Assembly (NCBI RefSeq): GCF_006345805.1
Contig: NC_043010.1
Coordinates: 50,096,001 to 50,160,000, forward strand
From: Octopus sinensis
Taxonomy: Eukaryota
Direction of reading: 5' to 3'
DNA length: 64,000 nt
The first letter of the stretch is position 1; every line of letters starts with the position of its first letter. Under the pieces are notes generated by a model. The model ran no database searches. It saw only the letters and a program-made list of their open reading frames with translations, and had not been told where the DNA came from. The translations under genes were made by a program, and so were the position numbers. Positions 14,587 through 25,304 of the stretch are shown piece after piece.

Positions 14587-14814
14587 TTAACCCTTTTGAT
14601 ACCAACCTGGCTGAAACCAGCTCTGGCTCTGAGTACAAATGTCTTGTTTTCCTAAGTTTTGAATTAAAATCTCCCACCAAACTTTAGTCACAATTTATGT
14701 TCCTAACATTAGCTGAATGATAACTAAGTTATTTTACTAAATTCTTTGTTATATTTAAAGTAATTGAAAGAAACACAGAACATCTCAAAATAAATACAGT
14801 AACAAAAGGGTTAA
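14587..14814. mobile_element. MITE with TTAA ends (piggyBac-type): TTAACCCTTTTG...CAAAAGGGTTAA
   Basis: Perfect 12-bp terminal inverted repeat including TTAA. Related ends occur at about 18657, 15625 and 42914-43129. Confidence 0.7.
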
Positions 14815-15097
14815 ATTCTGAGTTCAAATCCTGCCTGGGTTGGTTTTGTTACATTTTTGTCCTTCTGGGTGTGATTAAAATTAGTATCAGTCAGTTTAAT
14901 AACCTCTTCTGCTCCCTCTTACCTGTGTTAGAAATAATAATTATTATTACTATAGTAAAAATGATGGATTGAAAAAAACCATTAAAACAGTAGATTAGTT
15001 TGAACTGCTCAATAACTCCCTCTCCCTGTCTGTCTGTCTGTCTAGCTCTCTCTCTCTCTTTTGTTTCAATATGAGTTTGTCTTTCTCTTGTCATTAG

Positions 15098-15191
15098 ATT
15101 ATCGTTTGGTGCAGTTGTTGGAACAATGAATAAAGTCGCCAATGCCATGGAGAATGGAGAGTATGATTTTGATGGCACTCATGATAAACAA
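15098..15191 (+). CDS. DCTN1: DCTN1 exon: LSFGAVVGTMNKVANAMENGEYDFDGTHDKQ
   Basis: tag|A...CAA|gtaagt, 94 nt, phase 2->0. Resembles the conserved TMNKLATAMQEGEYD motif. Confidence 0.95.
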
Positions 15192-15370
15192 GTAAGTAGT
15201 CAGTTGCAGGTCTTCAATCTACTCAAATTTGGCTTCATTTTCTGTCATCATTTACTGTTACTGTAGCAACAACAGACTTATGCACATGTGTGTGGGTAAG
15301 TCTGTTTACATATATATACATACATACATACATAAATAAATACATATGGTTTTTTTTTTCTCTTTTATAG

Positions 15371-15499
15371 ATTCAAGCACCAATTGCTGAACGTGCCAAC
15401 ATAGTAAAATCCAGAATCGCAGACATTGAAACATTGAAGATAAAACTTGATAAAAAGGAAGAAGATATCAAGGACCTTAAAATGCAGTTGAAGTTGAAG
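15371..15499 (+). CDS. DCTN1: DCTN1 exon: IQAPIAERANIVKSRIADIETLKIKLDKKEEDIKDLKMQLKLK (start of coiled coil 2)
   Basis: tatag|ATT...AAG|gtaagg, 129 nt, phase 0->0. Heptad pattern resembles [40 protein letters not shown]. Confidence 0.95.
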
Positions 15500-15821
15500 G
15501 TAAGGCTGAAGTGCGTGTGTGTGTGTGTGTGTCAAGTGGGGAACTTTGGTGTTTATATATCCCTCTGCATATAAGAGGGAGAAGTTTCTTTTCCTTTGTC
15601 AATCAGATGAAAATTAAACACCCTTAACCCTTTAGTATTCATATTATTTAGTGAAATGTAATGCAGCCGAAGTGTTAAGACCAATCCTTCTGGTGGTATA
15701 AAGCACTCGTGGCAGTACCATGTAAAAGCACCTTTGTGGCAACACATAACAGTGCCTGTACGGTGTCCCATAAAAGTGCCCATGTGGGCACTGCACTTTT
15801 ATGTGACACTGTTAGGTGCAG

Positions 15822-16452
15822 GGGTGGCCGTGTGGTAAGTAGCTTGCTTACCAACTACATGGTTCCGGGTTCATTCCCACTGCGTGGCACCTTAGGCAAG
15901 TGTCTTCTACTATAGCCTCAGGCCACCCAAAGCCTTGTGAATGGATTTGGTAGACGGAAACTGAAAGAAGCCCATCATATATATGTGTGTGTGTGTATAT
16001 ATATATCATCATCATCATTTAGCGTCCGCTTTTCATGCTAGCATGGGTTGGATGGTTCAACTGGGGTCTGTGAAGCCAGAAGGCTGCATCAGGCCCAGTT
16101 TGATCTGGCAGTGTTTCTACGGCTGGATGCCCTTCCTAACGCCAACCACTCCGTGTGTGTAGTGGGTGCTTTTTACGTGCCAGACGGAGCTGGCAAACGG
16201 CCACGGACGGATGGTGCTTTTTACGTATATATATATGTGTGTGTGTGTATGTGTGTGTGTCTGTGTTTTTTCCCCCAACATCGCTTGACAACCGATGCTG
16301 GTGTGTTTACCTCCCCATCACTTAGTGGTTCTGCAAAAGAGACCGATAGAATAAGTACTAGGCTTACAAAGAATAAGTCTTGGGGTCGATTTGCTTGACT
16401 AAAAGGCAGTACTCCAGCATGGCCACAGTCAAATGACTGAAACGAGTAAAAG
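15822..16452 (+). mobile_element. SINE family A split by a minus-strand (GAT)n-tailed family D element (about 16006-16225) inserted in its internal microsatellite
   Basis: 5' half at 15822-15990 and 3' half at about 16225-16452 flank a catcatcattt...ggatgcccttcctaacgccaacc element. Confidence 0.75.
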
Positions 16453-16674
16453 AGTATGGGGTGCCATGTAAAAGCATCAAGCACACTCTGTAAAGTGGTT
16501 GGCATTTAGAAGGACATCAAGCTGTAGAAACTGTCAAATCAGATTGGCATCTGGTGCAGCTTGCCAGCTCTGGTCACACTGTCTAGCCCATGCCAATATG
16601 AACAACGGGCATTAAATGATGATGAAAAATTGTTTTTCATTTCTGTTAGTTTATGACTAACTTATCACAAAATA

Positions 16675-17239
16675 TTGGGTTGTTTGGAAAGTTTGTGCCG
16701 ATTTTAAAGGAAAGAAAATGGTCAATAAATACTTGCCATTACATTTTTAATCAACCAGATATGAACCATTTTGTTGCACAATGCGTCTCCATCTTTCCTT
16801 TAACTTGAAAATACCCTCTTCCCAGAATTGAGGTGGTTTCATGGCAAAGAATTCATCAAGGTATATTTTTACGTCATCCATGGAATTGAAATTTTTACCA
16901 TTAAGACTATTCTGCAGAGACCTGAATAAGTGTAAATCTGAAGGAGCAATATCTGGTGAACATGGAGGGTGGGGTAACACATCCCAGCCGAGCTGCAGCA
17001 ATTTTTATCTGGTTCCCAAAGCATCAAGTGCCGAAAATGAACTTCCTTATCTTCTATTTTAAAGGGTTACAGAATTAGCACAGATTATAGGAACATAAGC
17101 CTTCTTCCACAAAAAGATAGCTTAAACTGTGCTCTAAATGGAGGTGTAGTCAAATCCTATTTTATGGACTTAAACATGTTCTAAAATAAGTTGAAAGGTA
17201 AGCTACTATAAATCGGCACGAACTTTCCGGACAACCCAA
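16675..17239 (-). mobile_element. Internally deleted mariner with both TIRs and TA target duplication
   Basis: TA|ttgggttgtttggaaagtttgtgccgattt ... aaatcggcacgaactttccggacaacccaa|TA (3 mismatches). The minus strand encodes the C-terminus LGWDVLPHPPCSPDIAPSDLHLFRSLQNSL... Confidence 0.92.
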
Positions 17240-17489
17240 TATATTGTTAAACTCTCTCTACTTTTAGAAGGTTTAGAGGTTCTCTGACTAAAGCAATATA
17301 CATTTACAGGGGTCTTCTTTAAAATAAGATTACTCTGCTAAATTAATAGCATTTTTTTTCTCAAATGATTGATTTTTTTTTATTGATTATTGTTTGTTCT
17401 CCCCATTCAGTCACAAGTTAAATGCAATATGGTTTTACATTAATATAGTGACAATAAGTGGCCAACATATTTTTGTCTTCCTTTTATAG

Positions 17490-17632
17490 CAAGAAACATT
17501 GAGCCAACAACAGCTGAAGGTGAAGGTGACCGAAAAGAAACTGGAGACTGCCACCAAGGAATATGAGGACGAAAGCAAGAAATTGAAACAACAGCTGGAT
17601 GAAGTCCGATCTCAGTTAGAGGAACAACAAAA
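17490..17632 (+). CDS. DCTN1: DCTN1 exon: QETLSQQQLKVKVTEKKLETATKEYEDESKKLKQQLDEVRSQLEEQQ(K)
   Basis: tatag|CAA...AA|gtaaga, 143 nt, phase 0->2. Coiled coil, in frame with both neighbours. Confidence 0.93.
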
Positions 17633-17894
17633 GTAAGATTTTTTTTTCATGCTAATATAATTGACATTATATTAAAATTTGAAAGGTAGCATGCTGGCAA
17701 AATCATTGGCATGCCAGACAAAATGCTTTGTAGCATTTCTTCCAGTTCTTACATTCTCAGTTCAAATAATACTGCTGCAGTCACTTTTGTTTTTTGTTTT
17801 TTTTTGTTTTTGGTGGGTGGTCAATACAATAAATACCAAAGGAGCACTGGGGTTGCTCTAAATTGTGCTAAAATTAGTAGGGCTTATTTCAAAA

Positions 17895-18138
17895 TTGTAG
17901 TAAAGATTGTTTGCCAACATAACATGGCAGTCCTGGTTTAGGACGAATGTTGCTGTAATTTTTTCCCAGGAGACATCGTCTCCAGCTGGCTACATGACAC
18001 GATCTGTGTCCTTGTTTGAAAAGACACAGATCATGTCATATAGCCAGCTGGAGACGGTCTCCTGGGGCTAAATTACAGCAACATTCATCCTAAATCAGGT
18101 GTGCCATGTGTTATGTTGGCAAACAATCTTTACTACAA
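17895..18138. repeat. Palindromic fold-back element, about 116-bp arms, about 12-nt loop
   Basis: The outer 29 bp (ttgtagtaaagattgtttgccaacataac) match their reverse complement at 18110-18138 perfectly. The inner arms are roughly 85% matched. Confidence 0.9.
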
Positions 18139-18470
18139 AGTACTGTTGCTGAATATCTCACGGGAGATTTAAAAATAGTAATTTTCTATTTCAAAATTTC
18201 ATGTTAGCAACATTAATCATTTAACCTTAGCTTTCAGATTTCCCAGTCAAGTGTAATGTTTATTTAATCGCATTGTTTGGAATTAATCATGCATTATCTT
18301 ATAGCTTGAAAATTCTCAAGGATATGACTGTTTATTTCTAGAAAGACAAGTAAAAGAATAAAAGAAAAATATTCAGTATCAATAAGCACACTTGTTTACC
18401 CTGCTTTCTTCCAGGAAAGGAGTTAGTCATCATGTTTATTGAATGTGTTATGTATTTTCAATCTTTGCAG

Positions 18471-18619
18471 GCAGTTTGAGAAGAATGTCAGGATGATGCA
18501 GGAGGACATTGATCACCTGCAAGAGGACCGGACTGAGCTAGAAAAGAAATTCAAATCTGCCACCCGTAAGCACTTGATGGAGGGACTCTCTCGCAACAAC
18601 TCTGCGGGCCCACCACCTG
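18471..18619 (+). CDS. DCTN1: DCTN1 exon: QFEKNVRMMQEDIDHLQEDRTELEKKFKSATRKHLMEGLSRNNSAGPPP
   Basis: ttgcag|G...CCTG|gtaaga, 149 nt, phase 2->1. Resembles [27 protein letters not shown]. Confidence 0.95.
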
Positions 18620-19806
18620 GTAAGATGTTTTGTACTGCACTATGGTCCTTAGATTAACCCTTTTGGTATTAATCTGCTTGAGACTGCCCCTGCTTTTGTG
18701 ATACGAATGGTATCGTTTGAAACCTTAATCAAAATTTTATGTTAGTTTATGTTCTAAACACTGGCTTAATAATGAAGTTACTCTGAGAAATAATTCATTA
18801 TTTTCAAAGTTAATTGATGCCATTTGAATCTCTGGTTAGCTCTTACAGTTTCAAAGTCCTTTCAGTTTGTATCACCAGGGCCCATCAATTGGCCTGGGTG
18901 TCTCAAGAGGTTTAGGAATGCCACTTTGTTATAATTGTATGTTGTTACTTTTTCCAAGTGTTTTAGAATTCTCTCAGTGGGAAACCTTTATTAAAATTTC
19001 CTGTTAATGTTCCAAATGTTGGCTTAATAATGAAGAAGTTATTTTGAGAAATGCTTCATTATTTCCAAAGTTAAGTGATACTGAGATAGTATTTTACCAG
19101 AAATATGGTGAAAAAAGGCTCAAGTGCATCTCATTCTTGAGCCAAACACTTCTCTGAAGTCGGAGCATTGAATACAGCCAGATATTGGATGGCATTTTTT
19201 TCTATTTGATATAATATTTTAAAACAGTTGCAACTTCATAGTAAGAGAAGGTTGATATACCAAATGTTCTGCTCAACACCACAAATATGCTTGTCAATTG
19301 CTTGACCTCAACCACTTGATTATGTCCTTTAATGGCTGACAATATGTGCATCTCTGATTATGAGCAGGAGTAGTTGGGGAGCATCATAGCCCATGTATTG
19401 TGAGGGATTCTTTGGGGGCTTGAATAAATGTAATAAAAACAAAAGTTTGAAGGAAATAGTAGCCATTTTCCACACTTTGTAGTGGGTAATAGGAAATGAT
19501 AACTAAGTTATTTTACTAAATTCTTTGTTATATTTAAAATAATTGAAAGAAACACAGAACATCTCAAAATAAATACAGTAACAAAAGGGTTAAATTCTGA
19601 GTTCAAATCCTGCCTGGGTTGGTTTTGTTACATTTTTGTCCTTCTGGGTGTGATTAAAATTAGTATCAGTCAGTTTAATAACCTCTTCTGCTCCCTCTTA
19701 CCTGTGTTAGAAATAATAATTAGGACAAAAATCATGTTACACAATGTTATTGAATTACCTAATGTAATATTTTCTTCTCTTTCATTAATCTCTGGTGCAT
19801 TAACAG

Positions 19807-19871
19807 CAAGTCCAACAGTAACCTGCACATCATCTACCAATGTTCAAGAATCACCAATGCTGAAACAACAG
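19807..19871 (+). CDS. DCTN1: DCTN1 exon: (A)SPTVTCTSSTNVQESPMLKQQ
   Basis: aacag|CA...CAG|gtaaga, 65 nt, phase 1->0. Ends in ESPMLKQQ, like DSPLLLQQ. Confidence 0.88.
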
Positions 19872-20028
19872 GTAAGAGACCGTTTCAAAATTTTTCTTAA
19901 AATCCTATTTTGTGTGTGTGAGTGAGTGAGTGAGTTTGTTTTGTTTCATTTTGTTGCATTGCATTTCCTTTCCTTTCCTTTCCTGTGTTCACTGATTGTA
20001 AACAAAATGCCTCACTGTTCGTATAGAC

Positions 20029-21072
20029 CAGTGGTTCTTAATCATTTTTTTATCTATGGACTCCTTTGATTCCCTGTTTACTCTACTGGAATACCATAAC
20101 CATTCAATGCATATAAATAAAAACCATCATTATCATAATATCATAATCATCGTTTAACGTCCGCTTTCCATGCTAGCATGGGTTGGACGATTTTGACTGA
20201 GGGCTGGCGAACCAGATGGCTGCACCAAGCTCCAATCTTGATCTGACAGTTTCTACAGCTGGATGCCCTTCCTAAAGCCAACCACTCCGAGAGTGTAGTG
20301 GGTGCTTTTTACATGCCACCGGCACAGGGCCAGTCAGGCGGTACTCGCAATGACCTCGCTCAAATCTTTTTACACGTGCCAGTGAAGCGACGTTGGTAAC
20401 GATCACGCTCAAATGGTGCCCTTTTACGTGCTACGGGTATGGAAGCTAGTTGGCTGCTCTGGCAACGATCACACTTGGATGGTGCTCTTGGCCTATTATA
20501 TTTTTATAATTAAATACTATTAGGAATTGTATAAAAAACATTTAGATATTATGTGTATTTTAGAAGTATAAACAATTTATTGAACATAAATCATCATCAT
20601 CATTTAGTATCTGCTTTCTATGCTGGCATGGGTTAGACGGTTTAACTAGAACTGGTAAACTGGAGAGCTGCACTAAGTTCCATTCTAATTTGGCATGGTT
20701 TCTACAGCTGGATGCCCTTCCTAATACCAACCACTCTAAGAGTGTAATGGGTGCCTTTTACATGCTACCAGTACTGGTTCTTTTATGTGCCACCGGCGCA
20801 GGTACCAGTTATGTGATACTGGCATCGGCCACAACTGCAATTTCACTTGGCCTTGGCTTGATGAGTTTTCTCAAGCACAGTATATTGCCAAAGGTCTCAG
20901 TCACTTATCATTGCCTCCATGAGGTCCACCGTTTGAAGATTGTGCTTCACCACCTTGTTCCCATGTCTTCCTGAGTCTACTTTTTCCACAGGTTCTATCT
21001 ACAGTTTGAGATCAGCAACAAAATCGTATATGAATCCCCATGGGTCATATGTACCCCAGTTGAGAGTCACTA
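20029..21072. mobile_element. hAT-like MITE (CAGTGGTTCTTAA...TTGAGAGTCACTA) expanded by nested family D insertions
   Basis: Degenerate TIRs. Flanking 8-mers gtatagac/atataaac match 6/8, as expected for an old 8-bp TSD. Two minus-strand family D elements lie inside. Confidence 0.55.
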
Positions 21073-21239
21073 ATATAAACAGTGTCATTTGCTTGTAGTC
21101 CACCACAAAAGCACATCTAGGTTTCTTGACATGTCTTGATGTTGCCCAATGTTTATAAGCAGAAAGACTCATACAAATGTTGTTTGTTTCTAGCTTTCCT
21201 TGTGACTTATGTCTGGCCTTTTATGTTGTTCAGTAGCAA

Positions 21240-21672
21240 TATGCTGCACTTGAGAAAACCTGTCAAGCCAAGTGAAATTGTAGTCGTGGCTGAATCTGGT
21301 GTCACATAACTGACACCTGCGCCAGTGGCACATAAAAAACACCCTTTTGCACATTGGGCTTCATGGAGGCAAAGTGGCATGGTGGCATGTGAAAAGCTCC
21401 ATGGAGGCAATGATGAATGACTGAGACCTTTGGTATTATGTCGTGCTTGAGAAGATCCATCAAGCCAAGTAAAATCGTAGCTGTGACAGATACTGTGCCA
21501 ATGGCATGTAAAAGCACCATTACACTATCGGAGTGGTTGGCATTAGGAAGGGCATCCAGCCATAGAAACAATGCCAAATCAGACTGGAGTCTGGTGCAGC
21601 CTTCCAGCTTGCCATCCCTGGTCAAACCATCCAACCCATGCCAGCATGGACAACGGATGTTAAATGATGATA
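21240..21672 (+). mobile_element. SINE/LINE-tail family D ending ...ggaagggcatccagc...acgttaaatgatgat ((GAT)n tail, RTE-type 3' end)
   Basis: The same tail occurs at 4650-4806(+), 16452-16625(+), 20140-20490(-), 20592-20990(-), 29632-29762(+), 29788-30100(-) and 30350-30562(+). Confidence 0.8.
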
Positions 21673-22027
21673 GACCGGAGTATTATAACTTTACTTGGAA
21701 GCAGGTATGTGTTGGTGTCAGGAAGGGCATCCACACATAGAAAATCTCTCTCCCAACATATTCTCATCTGACCCATGCAAACATGGAAAAATAGATAAGA
21801 TGATGATAACAAAAGCTTTGATCTACTTGAAGAACTAAAAACATTTGCCCAAAGGTTTTCATAATGGAAATGAACTAGGTACTGTGTGTTTGTGAATTAA
21901 ACTCCTCAATCATTAAGCTGAAATAAACTCCTCAATCCAGGCTGTGCTTATATGATTCTGATTCAAAAGTATTTCTTCTTTGCTTTTGACCTCTTGTAAG
22001 TTTTTTTCTTTTTTGCTTGTTTTGCAG

Positions 22028-22099
22028 ATTTCTTCAATGAAAGAAGCATTAAATCATGTGATTCAAGAAAACATCCGTTTAAAGGGTCAGAGACTAAGA
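22028..22099 (+). CDS. DCTN1: DCTN1 exon: ISSMKEALNHVIQENIRLKGQRLR
   Basis: ttgcag|ATT...AGA|gtaagt, 72 nt, phase 0->0. Resembles [24 protein letters not shown]. Confidence 0.93.
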
Positions 22100-22642
22100 G
22101 TAAGTTGTTCTTCATCATTGAAATAATTATCGTTCTCCATCTCTTTCTCTCTTTCTCCTCCTTCCCCTTTGCTTTCACTCTATCACTTTTGCTTGTCCTC
22201 TTACTCGCCTTTACTTTTCCTTTGTTTCCCCTCCCCCTCCTTGCTCCCCTCCACCTTATTGCTCCCTTTACTCTTTCTCCTCTCCTCCTCCTCTCTTTCT
22301 GTTTTCATATCTGTCACTTTCTCTTTCTGCAGTTGCCTCTCTTTCTTAAGCGAGGTATTTCACTCATTCCTATTTGACTAACACAAAAAAAAAAAGTCAC
22401 TCCATTCCTTTTCATAATAAAGATGATACCATTTACTAGAAAACTGGTTAAATTCTTCTGAATGATGGTTAACTAAGATGTTTGAATTTGGTACAAAAAT
22501 ATCCAATAGACATTTTTGAAAAATTGACTGTTTTGTCCAAATCTAAATCCAAATTTATCGAATAATAAAAGAAAAATTATGTGTCTATGAAAGTGACTTC
22601 TTCTAAATGTTGTTACTAAATCTGTTTTGGTTTCTGTACCAG

Positions 22643-22798
22643 GATCAAATGAGTCAACTACCATCCCTTTATGTGCCTAAAAAACCTACAGGTCTTGCCA
22701 ATAAGACAGGTCTAGTCAAGATTGGGGAACTTCCTGACAATATTCCTGGCAAGACAGAACTGAACGATCTGACAAAGAGAGTTACTCAGCTGTTGAAG
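22643..22798 (+). CDS. DCTN1: DCTN1 exon: DQMSQLPSLYVPKKPTGLANKTGLVKIGELPDNIPGKTELNDLTKRVTQLLK
   Basis: accag|GAT...AAG|gtctgt, 156 nt, phase 0->0. LPSLYVPK corresponds to LPPLHVAK. Confidence 0.9.
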
Positions 22799-22889
22799 GT
22801 CTGTCCAAAATTGTTTTCCTTATATTTTTTTTTGCTAGAGATCTTGTACGATTTTGATATGTTTTACTTCATATATTAAACAGTTTCTT

Positions 22890-23116
22890 CATTATTTACA
22901 ATATTTACATTTGACAGATATTTGTCCTCATCTTGTTTGTTGTTAACACAACATTTCGGCTGATATACCTCCAGCCTTCATCAGGTGTCTTGGGGAAATT
23001 TCGAACCTGGGTTCTCATTCCTAAGATATTTTTCAATGTTATTATTATTACTTCCTGGAATCGAACTTGGAATCTTGGGGTTAGTAGCCTGTGCTCCTAA
23101 CCACTACGCCATATGC
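22890..23116 (-). mobile_element. tRNA-headed SINE-like element with a hammerhead-like 3' module; inverted truncated partner at 23134-23262(+)
   Basis: Minus strand: A-box tggcgtagtggt, B-box gttcgattcc, (AAT)n, then gacac-CTGATGA-AGGCTG..CAGCC-GAAA-TG-TT-GTGTT. Confidence 0.75.
22945..22989 (-). ncRNA. Minimal type-I hammerhead ribozyme-like motif (Penelope/retrozyme type)
   Basis: CUGAUGA and GAAA core boxes, 5-bp stem II GGCUG/CAGCC, stem I GACAC/GUGUU, GUU triplet, extra A after A9. Confidence 0.7.
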
Positions 23117-23602
23117 CTGTGGGCAATTATGGACATATGGCATTGTGGTTAAGAGTGCGGGCTACTAACCCAAAGATTCTGAGTTCAATTCCAGGCAGTA
23201 ACCTGAATAATAATAATAACATCGAAAAATAACTTAGGAATGAGACCCAGGTTTGAAATTTCTATTGCCCCAAGCTGACCAAGTGGATTTTGGTTGATGT
23301 AAACTGAAAGAAGCCTATGTATTTGTGTGTGTGAGTTGTCATTGACATGCAAGTGGTGTCGTTCATTTACAATCTTCTGTAAAAACGTCTGGCCTTGGGG
23401 AAAGAACAAAATTTGTGTTTGATCACCATTTATTAACTAAGGCAAAGTCAATGAATGCAAGCATGGGAAGGTGAACATTTTAAAAAAATAAATAAAAATA
23501 AATTGATCTACATATTTGTATCTGATGGAGAAACTAGAATATTTGGAGTTTGGCTTTTACTTTTATTTCTTTATTTATTTGTTATTCATTTTTGTTTTCC
23601 AG

Positions 23603-23660
23603 GAAGCTAATCAACTGAGTGCTTGCCCTGTAGTCATCGACATCAGTAGCAGAAAGCCTG
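23603..23660 (+). CDS. DCTN1: DCTN1 exon: EANQLSACPVVIDISSRKP
   Basis: ttccag|GAA...CCTG|gtaagt, 58 nt, phase 0->1. Resembles the LNQLSTHTHVVDITR region. Confidence 0.92.
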
Positions 23661-23979
23661 GTAAGTCCTTTGCTAAACATCTGACTATTTTGAATCACTA
23701 CACATGCCATGGAAACTGTTTTGCTCTTGTTTAGTCAAGATTGCCCATAGTTAAAACCACCCTATCAAAATTGCTATTTGTGTTTGAGACCTCATACTCT
23801 CTGATCTCTTATCATAATTTTATATGTATATATATATATATATATATAATGCAATAAAGAACTATGTTACCACATATTAACCTCAGGAAAATGTTTTTTC
23901 TAGCTGGTTAATGACACATGATATGTGTCCGATATATTGTGATCAAGGGATTGAATCACTCACCTCCAGCTTGACAAGA

Positions 23980-24024
23980 CCAGTAGAACATGGTTTCTGA
24001 GTCTTTACCCTTCATCAGTACAGG
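23980..24024 (-). ncRNA. Degenerate type-I hammerhead-like motif
   Basis: CCTGTA-CTGATGA-A-GGGT(AAAG)ACTC-A-GAAA-CCATGT-TC-TACTGG. Stem I pairs 5/6, and stem III is one change from the palindrome ACCATGGT. Confidence 0.5.
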
Positions 24025-24552
24025 ACACCTGCTTGCTAGAGATGGCAGTCAATCGTCCCTACTCATAATATATAAACAGAGAAGTGGCAAACAGCTGCTA
24101 ATCTCATAACGTGCAAAATAACTAAAATCTAAAATCTCTAAACAAGATATAAGTAGTAACAATACTAGATGGTAATGTTTTTAGCCACGATAACATGGTT
24201 GTTCTATAAAGAACTTTGTTACTACATTTTAACTATATTTAACTATAAAACATATAAATACACAGAGGCGTAGGAGTGGCTGTGTGGTAAGTTGCTTGCT
24301 TACGAACCACATGGTTCCAGGGTCAGTCCCACAGCATGGCACCTTGGGTAAGTGTCTTCTACTATAGCCTCGGGGCCGACCAAAGCTTTGTGAATGGATT
24401 TGGTAGACGGAAACTGAAAAGAAGCCTGTCGTATATATATGTATATATATATGTATGTGTGTATGTGTTTGTTCCCCCAACATCGCTTGACAACCGATTT
24501 TGTTAGTATACCGTGTTGTACATGCACTCAATGTTATTTTCATTTTGAACAG

Positions 24553-24644
24553 GTTCCAAGCCAGTGACTCAGACAGCTAGTCCTAATATGCAATTAATAC
24601 GACAATCTTCAAAACTTGTCCAGCTTGAAAAGGGAACTCAAGAA
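24553..24644 (+). CDS. DCTN1: DCTN1 exon: (G)SKPVTQTASPNMQLIRQSSKLVQLEKGTQE
   Basis: aacag|GT...GAA|gtaagt, 92 nt, phase 1->0. Resembles the SPSAQLMEQVAQLKSL region. Confidence 0.9.
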
Positions 24645-25304
24645 GTAAGTTGATTTTTTTTTTTTACCTTTTCAGTGCAGCTTGAAACCTCCCACTCACT
24701 GCTTTAGGTTCTCCTTCATCCTCCCTTTCTTCTTAGATTTTATTTATTTGAATTTTTTTTCCCATCCATCTGTTTTCCCATACTGGCAAATTTTCTTGTT
24801 CTTTTTTCCAAATTTGGCAAAATAGAACTGTTGGCTTTAACATGCAATAAACTCATAATTGGTTTACTGCAGCTGGCAGACTAATACACTTTGTCCAGTG
24901 ATACAGTACAAAGCTATTGTAAAGTTGTAATCTTATATCGATCCTTGACCTTGTCACCTGTAATCTAATATTTTAGACTTGCAACCATTGTTGAGATTTA
25001 TTGAAATGTATAGTTTATTGGTTTTGAGGTGGAAATAGATTACATAATGTTTCCACCAACCTGAGGTCCTGCAAAAGTCACAGGCATTTCCCTTCTTCCC
25101 AGATTACAAAAAAAAAAAAGGAAAAATGATTTTATGCTCATTTTTCCGTGCTTATATGGATTGAAGTGTCCTTCCTTGCGTTTCAACTTGGTGAAATGAA
25201 TTTCATACAGTTGAGGTTTAAGCTCTGGATACTCTTAGATATAGAGATATGCTGTAGAGGCTTATATTAGGAGAATGTATATTTTTAAATATATTACCAG
25301 AGTG

